Source: Candidatus Cloacimonadota bacterium
GTDB taxonomy: Bacteria > Cloacimonadota > Cloacimonadia > JGIOTU-2
Direction of reading: 5' to 3'
NCBI GenBank assembly: GCA_030613025.1
Contig: JAUWMT010000008.1
Coordinates: 3,318 to 67,317 of the forward strand
DNA length: 64,000 nucleotides
The stretch's first letter is position 1, and each line of letters begins with the position of its first letter. The notes under the pieces are model-generated. The model saw only the letters and a program-made list of their open reading frames with translations, was not told the origin of the DNA and searched no databases. Below are positions 39,279-47,073 of this stretch, piece by piece. The position numbers and the translations under genes are program-made.

Positions 39279-41381
39279 TTAACTTTTTAAAGACTCTAAG
39301 CAACAATACTTAAGTTTTTCACCTGAACCACATAAACATTGATCATAAATATTAATTTTATTTGCATCACAATATTTGAGTAAAGTATTATAACTCCTTT
39401 TCTTCCATAATTTTAAAAATTTTGTTGAATATTCTAAATCATTCCAAACAATCGGACTTTCTCTTTCTTTATAATTTTCATTCATCAATAAACCGGCCAA
39501 ATGACCTTTAGCTTTTTCCATTATTTCCAAGTCAATAGATTCTTTTAATCCAGCATCTATCGATGCCATAAATTCCTTAGACCTGTTATTTATAAGTTGT
39601 TCAAAAATCTCCTGTCTAAACTTGATACCTAATGAGCTTTCTCGATACTTAATTAACGCCAAAAGTAATTGTGGATTCTCAATAAATCGATTACCAATAA
39701 TAGTATCAAAACTTCCACTTAATACATAACTAGTTATCTGATCTGCATTATATTTTCCATAAGGTGCTGAAAAGCCAATACTTGCTAGTGCAGATGAACC
39801 AAAATCAAGTTTAGTTGAAGCTATACCAAGTAGTTCACAAGCAAAACTAATTTTTAAAACATTTCCTAACCTCAATACTGGAAATTGTAAATATTTGGGG
39901 ATTGAATTTATAGGTGTTGCCTCACTCATGCCAATTAACTTTCTTACGGATGGGAATTGCAACAAACCCCTCACTGAATGAGCAACTGATGGTTCTTGGT
40001 GAGTATCAATAATTTCAATATTTCTCTCTAATAATTTGAATAAATCACTTGCTTCGGATTCTTTACCCGGATTTGCCTTTAAATGTTTTTTTATTATTTC
40101 GTTCAGTGAGTATTCAGTTTTATCTTTTTTATAAAGGGTAAAATTGCCAATATCACCATTAGAAATAGATTTTTTTTCTGGAAAGATAATGCCGGTTAAG
40201 CTTCTCCATTCAATAAATTTAAATGAACTACTTTTGACCATTGCCCAAAAAATATTTGCACCCAATAAATCATGTATCCGAGAGAGAGCAGATAAAGGCA
40301 TATAAATAATGTCAAAACATAAAAGACCAACAACTAAATCATGCATTGCTGTAGATTGCGTTATGGGCAATTCATTATTACTTATTCCATTCCCTACAAC
40401 CATAGAAGTACTTATCCCTTTTTCATTTTTTAACCCAAGTGTTTGAGAACTAGTCCAAGTTCCAGGCGGATATATATCGGATATTAAATGTGCACTTCTC
40501 TTTTCTGTTTCTGTATAAGAAACTAGATTACTATCAGTATCAACCCGATCTTTCTGGTTAATAGTGATTTCCTCAATAACTCTTATGGGTGTTCTATGAT
40601 CAGTGTATATGCTAGCATCATATTTAATAATATGGACATTTTCAGGTAATATAATATTCAAATTCGGAGTAATTATAAAATGTTTTGATTCGTCGAATAT
40701 TGAATTAAGTTTATTGTTCTCCTTCAAGAGGTCAAAAACATATTTATCACCTAAACTATAACCAATAAAGATTACTGTTGTAGTACTAAGGATTGTTTGT
40801 AATAATGCTAAATATTTATCATTTCTGATTAGAGCTTCATAATCTGATTTTTTAAATACTACGGATTCAATTGAACTCACACTTCCGTGCAATTTGCATA
40901 TAAACGATTCATCTCTTTTTATATTATTAACACATCGTTCAATATCAGAATTTTGTATAGTTTGGATATGAGGTATATTTTTTTCAAGTTGCTCATCAAT
41001 ATTAGTTGACACTATGTATAAAGGTGATGTTTTATTTAAAGTAGAAATAAACCTATTGTAAATTGGTGTTGTTTTTTTAACTTTGTATTCTGAAACAAGT
41101 AACCTGTTATATGACTTTGAGTTGACTTCAAAACAATACTGAAAAAAACTTGGATAATCATAACTCGCAATAATATCTGAAGCATGTTTTATGTCATATT
41201 TACTTTCATTTCTAGTATAATATTTCTTGAATGTTTTAACAATTTCGTCCCACAATTTGTAATTAGACCAAGCGCTTGCACCAGCACCGATCCAAAAACA
41301 AATTTTATTCTTAGAAACATTTACTTCGTCAATTAATAATCTTAATGCGAAGTAAGTATTTTTATCTTTACTATTTAACAT
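39279..41381 (-). CDS. SIR2-family (SIR2_2-type) protein with C-terminal SEC-C motif (gene cassette)
   Basis: FWIGAGAS...W, STNIDEQLE, KLHGS, IFIGYSLGD; ends DQCLCGSGEKLKYCC. Confidence 0.87.
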   Translation of the reverse strand: MLNSKDKNTYFALRLLIDEVNVSKNKICFWIGAGASAWSNYKLWDEIVKTFKKYYTRNESKYDIKHASDIIASYDYPSFFQYCFEVNSKSYNRLLVSEYKVKKTTPIYNRFISTLNKTSPLYIVSTNIDEQLEKNIPHIQTIQNSDIERCVNNIKRDESFICKLHGSVSSIESVVFKKSDYEALIRNDKYLALLQTILSTTTVIFIGYSLGDKYVFDLLKENNKLNSIFDESKHFIITPNLNIILPENVHIIKYDASIYTDHRTPIRVIEEITINQKDRVDTDSNLVSYTETEKRSAHLISDIYPPGTWTSSQTLGLKNEKGISTSMVVGNGISNNELPITQSTAMHDLVVGLLCFDIIYMPLSALSRIHDLLGANIFWAMVKSSSFKFIEWRSLTGIIFPEKKSISNGDIGNFTLYKKDKTEYSLNEIIKKHLKANPGKESEASDLFKLLERNIEIIDTHQEPSVAHSVRGLLQFPSVRKLIGMSEATPINSIPKYLQFPVLRLGNVLKISFACELLGIASTKLDFGSSALASIGFSAPYGKYNADQITSYVLSGSFDTIIGNRFIENPQLLLALIKYRESSLGIKFRQEIFEQLINNRSKEFMASIDAGLKESIDLEIMEKAKGHLAGLLMNENYKERESPIVWNDLEYSTKFLKLWKKRSYNTLLKYCDANKINIYDQCLCGSGEKLKYCCLESLKS

Positions 41382-41412
41382 ACCAATAGATTTAGATTAT
41401 TATATTTTTGGT

Positions 41413-41507
41413 ACATAGTGAATTGAATTCAGCGGTCCCCGGAGGGGCAGCGAAGCCATGAAAAAACGTCGCGCGTTTTGGCAGTCCGCTGAAATGATTA
41501 GTTATAC
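41413..41507 (-). mobile_element. attC between protease and SIR2 cassettes
   Basis: Minus strand GTATAAC...TTCAGCGGAC...GACCGCTGAA...ACTATGT (decayed R'); TCTGTATAAC is the exact reverse complement of cassette start GTTATACAGA at 42290. Confidence 0.8.
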
Positions 41508-41518
41508 AGAAATTTTTT

Positions 41519-42268
41519 TCATTTCTCATTTGTTGATTTTGAAAAAACTTCTTCATAGAAATCTTTATTAATTGGTGTAGCCCATTCAAAGCCAAAAGCT
41601 CTACGGGTTGGTCCAGGGCCAAACACTACACCAACAACTTGCCCTTTTTTTGCTAAAATTACGGGGCTACCACTAAAACCAGGAACACCTAAAAGATCAA
41701 GGAGCAACATCGGGCCAGATGCCCAAGTTATTTCTGAAGAAGAGATAAGACCGCTTCTAATTATAGGTATATCTACATTATCTTTGGCAAGCATTGGGTA
41801 ACCAACAATTAGAACTTCTTCCCCAACTAAAGAACTAAAATCGTTTGATTCATAAACAGGAAATTTGTGTAAATTTCCAGAATTATACGGTCTGTTTTCA
41901 ATTTCATATAATTTTAAAACTGCTAAATCTTTTTTATCATCTTGATATAATAGAGTTGCTTTTAATGTTCTAACTTTTGATAAATCTGATGGTAATTGAA
42001 AGCGTATAGCAATTCTTTCTTTGTCTATACTTTTTAGTACGTGCTTAGCTGTAATAAAAGTACATTTAGAGTCAACGAGAAAGCCGGTTCCTAACCACTT
42101 TTCAATAGTAATATTCTCTGACGTAGATTCTTGTGAGATTAAACCAATATGAGCAATACCACTTCGTATATCTTTAAATAGTATTTTATGATTTGAATCT
42201 TCATCGTTTGAAGCAAAACATATCCTTATTGGAAAAAGTAATAAAAAAATAAGAAAAAACCTATTCAT
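41519..42268 (-). CDS. Trypsin-like serine protease with signal peptide (gene cassette)
   Basis: GTGFLV...ITAKHV, DLAVL, PGFSGSPV. Confidence 0.88.
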   Translation of the reverse strand: MNRFFLIFLLLFPIRICFASNDEDSNHKILFKDIRSGIAHIGLISQESTSENITIEKWLGTGFLVDSKCTFITAKHVLKSIDKERIAIRFQLPSDLSKVRTLKATLLYQDDKKDLAVLKLYEIENRPYNSGNLHKFPVYESNDFSSLVGEEVLIVGYPMLAKDNVDIPIIRSGLISSSEITWASGPMLLLDLLGVPGFSGSPVILAKKGQVVGVVFGPGPTRRAFGFEWATPINKDFYEEVFSKSTNEK

Positions 42269-42283
42269 TTTAATCTCTTTTCT

Positions 42284-42473
42284 GTATAACACATATTATA
42301 CTGCATAAAATGTCATATACTGCGAATTTAAGCAGTATATAAATTGCCTATCATATTTAGTAACATTTATAAAGTAAATCTTCCTCTCTTTGACAATATC
42401 ATCCTTTAAAATCCTCTTTGTGTAATTAGCAATGTTGACAGAAATAATATTCACAAATTTTTGTCAAATTATT
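42284..42473 (-). mobile_element. attI-like leader B
   Basis: ...GCAGTATATGACATTTTATGCAGTATAATATGT|GTTATAC; homologous along its length to 44805-44995; contains opposed TTGACA / TGTCAA hexamers. Confidence 0.6.
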
Positions 42474-42526
42474 ATGAAACCTATTTATCTCGACTATAAT
42501 GCAACCACACCTCTTGCACCGGAAGT
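42474..42526 (+). pseudogene. 5' fragment of the nifS-selD gene (copy 1)
   Basis: Encodes [18 protein letters not shown], identical in protein to the start of 47074. Confidence 0.9.
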
Positions 42527-42595
42527 AGAAAGATTTCTGTCTCACTTAGCAGTTAAGATAAAGGCGCGTCGAACGGATCCAACTTCGGCGAGTGG

Positions 42596-43078
42596 TTAGG
42601 TCGACTCTCCCTTTGTCATCATATGCTCCGGCATCTGCACTGCCAATACCTGACCTCGTGCGCACACCTTCCCTTCGGCCGACACTGTAGCACTCACCAC
42701 CACCTTTCGGCCCTTAAGCTCTTTAACCCTCCCGCGGACCTCAAGGGGAACTCCAAGCGGCGTCGGACGCAAATACTCCACCTGCAATGAAGCCGTGACG
42801 AAACGCAATGGTGGGTCAGTACCCATCTCACGTCCCTCTTGCCGGTATGACGCTGCCGCAGCCGTGCCTGTGCAGTGGCAGTCAATTAACGAAGCAATCA
42901 AGCCGCCATAAACGTAACCTGGAATCGCAATGTGATATGGCTTAGGATGGAATATGGCAACTGTCTCCTCACCATCCCAATAGCTCTTGAGATGCAGACC
43001 GTGCTCATTGAGTCGACCGCAACCATAACAATAGCTTAGTTCATCCGGATAGTAGTCCTGAAATGATTTCTTATTCAT
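42596..43078 (-). CDS. PaaI/hotdog-fold thioesterase (gene cassette, GC-richer than surroundings)
   Basis: CYGCG...GL, GYVYGGLIASLIDCH, VTASLQVEYLRPTP; ACCTAAC overlaps the stop and the attC is truncated. Confidence 0.88.
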   Translation of the reverse strand: MNKKSFQDYYPDELSYCYGCGRLNEHGLHLKSYWDGEETVAIFHPKPYHIAIPGYVYGGLIASLIDCHCTGTAAAASYRQEGREMGTDPPLRFVTASLQVEYLRPTPLGVPLEVRGRVKELKGRKVVVSATVSAEGKVCARGQVLAVQMPEHMMTKGEST

Positions 43079-43100
43079 ACGTCTATCTCTCCATGGGGCG

Positions 43101-43278
43101 GCATAACGGAAAAGCTCACCTGCAGAAACGCAAAGGCAGATTCACCCTATGTAGTCCCGATGTATCGGGATTACTACACGGGGTAAACTATAAATTACCA
43201 TACTGACTTTTGAATGCCATCTAAACTGAAAAATTCAAATCCCGTCTGCGTTTCTGTCAGGTGAAGCGGTGGTTAGAC
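43101..43278 (-). mobile_element. attC between propeller and thioesterase cassettes, carrying a palindromic insert
   Basis: Minus strand GTCTAAC...CACCTGACAGAAACGCA / TGCGTTTCTGCAGGTG...GTTATGC; GGCGGTCTAAC complements cassette start GTTAGGCCGCC at 44811 with one mismatch. Confidence 0.82.
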
Positions 43279-43300
43279 CGCCGACAACTTCAATTAAAGA

Positions 43301-44739
43301 CTATTTTAACAATATTGCTTTCTTTGTTTCAGAAAAATTCTCCGTTTTCATTTTGTAGAAATATATTCCTGAACTCATATCTTTTGCATCCCATTCAATG
43401 GTATAATTTCCAGGTTTTTTATCCTTATTTAAAAGTGTTTTTACTAATTGACCCTTGATATTATAAATTTCAAGTTTTACATAAGATGGTTTTTTTAATG
43501 AAAAGCGAATTGAAGTTTCAGTGTTGAATGGATTGGGATAGTTAAAAAGATAGTTATTAGTTACAAAAGGCTCGTTATCTATATCCAGAAATCCATCACC
43601 ATCTGTCTTTATAAGATAGACATCATAACCGCCTGCACCGTAAGAATTTGTCTCTCCTGCTATGATATAACCTCCATCTGTTGTCTGGGCAACAGACCAA
43701 CCCCAATCATCGAGAGTGCCGCCATAGGTCCTGGTCCAAAGGGTATCTCCAAGGAGGTTGGTCTTTATAAGATATACATCAGGGCCGCCTGCACCGTAAG
43801 ACCTTGTTGTTCCTGCTATGATATAACCTCCATCTGTTGTCTGGGCAACAGAACGACCATAATCATTGCCAGTGCCGCCATAGGTTTTGGTCCATAGGGT
43901 AGCTCTCCGAGAGAGATAAGATAGACATCATAACCGCCTGCACCGTAAGACTCTGTCTCTCCTGCTATGATATAACCTCCATCTGTTGTCTGGGCAACAG
44001 ACCAACCACAATCATTGCCAATGCCATCATAGGTTTCGTCCCATAGGGTAATTCCGCTGAAGTCGGTCTTTATAACATAGACAGCATCAGAGGTTCCCGG
44101 ATAGGCAACTGTAATTCCTGCTATGATATAACCTCCATCTGTTGTCTGGGCAACAGAATAACCATAATCATGAGAAGTGCTGCCATAGACACTAGTCCAT
44201 AGGGTAGCTCCGAGAGAGTCGGTCTTTATAAGATAGACATCACGCCAGTGTGGATAGTAAGATTCTACAGTTCCTGATATGATATAACCTCTATCTGTTG
44301 TCTGGGCAACAGAATAACCATATTCATAATAGTAACCGCCGCTATAGGTCTTGGTCCAAAGGGTATCCCCTATAGAGTCGGTCTTTATAAGATAGACATC
44401 ATTCCAGATTACACCGTAAGACCTTGTAGATCCTGCTATGATATAACCTCCATCTGTTGTCTGGGCAACAGAACGACCCCAATCATCGTCAGTGCCGCCA
44501 TATGTCCTGGTCCAGATGATGTCACCAGAGGGGTTGGTCTTTATAAGATAGACATCAGTGAAGCCTGAACCGTAAGACCTTGTAGATCCTACTATGATAT
44601 AACCTCCCTCTGTTGTCTGGGCAACAGAATAACCATAATCATTGCCAGTGCCGCCATAAGTGCGCTCAAATGTTGTTTGTGCCATTACTCCGGAGGCGAT
44701 AAATAAGCTCAGAACTATTGTTAATATAGTCTTTTTCAT
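43301..44739 (-). pseudogene. Secreted 7-bladed beta-propeller with C-terminal sorting domain, frameshifted near 43905-43915
   Basis: Seven 52-aa repeats (SVAQTTDGGYIIAG...DVYLIKT...W...YGG); repeat spacings 156, 149, 156, 156, 159, 156 bp; the shifted frame continues through two more blades and NYPNPFN...SGIYFY to TAG at 43303-43301. Confidence 0.88.
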
Positions 44740-44804
44740 CTTTTCTCCTTTTTGGTTTGCTTTACCGTTATATTTATTTTATCATTTTTACTATAAAGAA
44801 GGCG

Positions 44805-44995
44805 GCCTAACATATATTATACTGCTTAAAATTTCATGTACTGCGAAGTTAAGCATTATATGATGTTCCTATCCAATAAGTAAATTTTGTTAAACTGTAA
44901 TTTTCCTGTCTTTGAAATTAACATCTCTTATCTTCTCCTTTGCTTAGATGGCAATTGTTGACATAAATTATATTAAATCTTTTTTGTCAAATATT
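44805..44995 (-). mobile_element. attI-like leader C
   Basis: ...GCAGTACATGAAATTTTAAGCAGTATAATATAT|GTTAGGC; diverged copy of leader B. Confidence 0.6.
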
Positions 44996-45106
44996 ATGAA
45001 ACCTATATATTTAGATTATAATGCAACCACACCTCTTGCACCGGAAGTGGCGGAAGCAATGAAGCCCTTTCTGGAAGAATATTTTGGTAATCCATCGAGT
45101 GTGTAG
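44996..45106 (+). pseudogene. 5' fragment of the nifS-selD gene (copy 2, 36 codons)
   Basis: [36 protein letters not shown] then stop. Confidence 0.9.
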
Positions 45107-45295
45107 CTTTAATAAAATACATAGCTAAATAATCATGAATACTATTTGAATTAATAAGCACTGTTCTGAACAACAGCGAATTAATGAAAGTTGATATGAT
45201 TAAAAAGAAAAATTTACGGATTTTACTTTTTTGTTGACATTAAGTTATCATATATATTATTTGAAATTTAATAAAAAAAATAAAGAAAAATTATC

Positions 45296-46453
45296 ATGGA
45301 AGCCATTATTTCTCCCCAAATATTAAAATGGGCTATCAGAAGGAAAGATATTTCCGAATTTGATTTGGCTCATAAAGTTAAAGTAAAACAACAACAAATT
45401 CAGGATTGGGGTGATGGTTTTTCTTATCCTACATTTAATCAAGCAAAGCAGATAGCAAGAAATCTTAATATTCCGTTTGGTTGTCTGTTTATGTCTAATA
45501 TTCCTGACGAAAAAATAGCTATCCCTGATCTGCGAAGAATTGATATTAGAGAAAATTACCCAATCAGCACAGATTTTATAGATGTATTGAATGATGTGTT
45601 ACGAAAACAATATTGGTACAAAGAGAACTTGATTCGAGAAGGAAATGAAAATCTTAAATTCGTTGGTAAATATACTATTGATGCTGATGTGAAAAAGGTT
45701 GCACAAGACATTTCCCTGCAATTTGGAATAAATAAAGAATTACGATATAATGTTACAAGTTGGAATGCATATCTTAAAAACTTAGTGGAAATTGCTGAAG
45801 ATAAAGGAATAATAATTTTAAGATCCGGGATTGTAAATAGCAATACCCACAGAAGTTTAAATATTGATGAATTTCGTGGTTTTACCATAAGTGATTCTAT
45901 TACACCGTTTGTTTTTATAAATAGTAAAGATTCTATTGCCGGAAGAATCTTTACACTGGCACATGAGATTGTTCATATTTTTATTGGCGAAAGTGGTATT
46001 TCTAATATAAGAGTGGAAGAGATTGATCCTGTTCATGAACAAAAAATTGAAGCTTTTTGTGATTTTGTTGCATCTGAATTACTTGTACCTGAGAATGAAT
46101 TTATCTCTGAATGGCATGATAGTAAAACGATTGAGGAGAATTTATATGATCTTGTGAGATGTTTTAGAGTAAGTTCTATTGTTATTCTCCGCAGAGCGTT
46201 GAGTTTAGAATTAATAAATAGAGAAGATTTTTTTGAAAACTATCACAAAGAAGTTACCAAACAAAAGAAGGATAATGATAAATCTGGTGGTGATTTTTAT
46301 AAAAGTTTCATTAATCGAAATAGCTATACATTAACTTATGCCATTATTAATGCAACTTTAGAAGGTCGTTTATTATTCAGAGATGCTTCTCAGCTTTTAA
46401 ATGTTAAGGTAAAAACATTGGAAAGGGTAACGGAAAAAATTTATGAGGTTTAA
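45296..46453 (+). CDS. XRE-HTH plus ImmA/IrrE-family metallopeptidase
   Basis: N-terminal HTH (LKWAI...PTFNQAKQIA); FTLAHEIVHI; EAFCDFVASELLVP. Confidence 0.88.
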   Translation: MEAIISPQILKWAIRRKDISEFDLAHKVKVKQQQIQDWGDGFSYPTFNQAKQIARNLNIPFGCLFMSNIPDEKIAIPDLRRIDIRENYPISTDFIDVLNDVLRKQYWYKENLIREGNENLKFVGKYTIDADVKKVAQDISLQFGINKELRYNVTSWNAYLKNLVEIAEDKGIIILRSGIVNSNTHRSLNIDEFRGFTISDSITPFVFINSKDSIAGRIFTLAHEIVHIFIGESGISNIRVEEIDPVHEQKIEAFCDFVASELLVPENEFISEWHDSKTIEENLYDLVRCFRVSSIVILRRALSLELINREDFFENYHKEVTKQKKDNDKSGGDFYKSFINRNSYTLTYAIINATLEGRLLFRDASQLLNVKVKTLERVTEKIYEV

Positions 46454-46455
46454 TT

Positions 46456-46944
46456 TTGAAGAAATATTGTCTCGATTCTAATGTATTTATTCAGGCAAAA
46501 AACGGACCATACGGCTTTGATATTGTTCCTGCCTTTTGGGATTGGATAGACGCAAATGTGCAACAAGGGAATCTTATTACATCTTCAGAAGTTTATAAGG
46601 AAATAGTGGAAGGAGCAGACGAACTGGCAGATTGGTTCAAAGAGAGAAGAAAATCAAAATTATTCATTGCTCATACCATTGAAGTTCAAGAAATATATCA
46701 AGATATTATAGATTATGTTACAAGCAATTATGAATTTGCATATTACCAATTATTTCTGGAAAAAGCTGATCCCTGGGTAATTGCTTTAGCAAAGTATGAT
46801 GAAGCGATAGTAGTTACCCTCGAAGTATTAGTAGCCCCAAACTCTAAACAGGTAAAGATCCCAAATATATGTAGACAATTTGGCTTGAAATTCATAAATA
46901 CTTATCAGATGCTTCGTGAACTTAATGCCCGATTTACTTTGTGA
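46456..46944 (+). CDS. DUF4411-family PIN-like protein
   Basis: YCLDSNVFIQA, FWDW, ADPWVIALA, VVTLE, KIPNIC. Confidence 0.85.
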   Translation: MKKYCLDSNVFIQAKNGPYGFDIVPAFWDWIDANVQQGNLITSSEVYKEIVEGADELADWFKERRKSKLFIAHTIEVQEIYQDIIDYVTSNYEFAYYQLFLEKADPWVIALAKYDEAIVVTLEVLVAPNSKQVKIPNICRQFGLKFINTYQMLRELNARFTL

Positions 46945-47073
46945 AAATATTTCCTATATATACGACATAAACAACCAAATACTGGGAATGAATATCTATA
47001 GAATATTATATAATCAATCGAGCTACATACAAAAAACTAAATATTTACAGGATCAAGATTTTGTGGAGTAACA

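Noticed and set aside
33385..41381. TIR plus SIR2 as a canonical Thoeris system
   Set aside because: The genes are in separate cassette arrays 5 kb apart with metabolic genes between, and the SIR2 protein has no recognisable SLOG/Macro domain
43600..44660. Regularly spaced identical ~20-30-nt sequences resembling a CRISPR array
   Set aside because: The period is 156 bp, the intervening sequences are homologous and in-frame coding, and no cas genes are present; these are protein repeats
43301..44739. Diversity-generating retroelement acting on the propeller gene
   Set aside because: No reverse transcriptase or separate template repeat in the window, and differences between units are not evidently adenine-specific
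17500..47000. Integron integrase, prophage or transposase gene explaining the accessory region
   Set aside because: No ORF with tyrosine-recombinase, DDE or phage structural motifs was recognised
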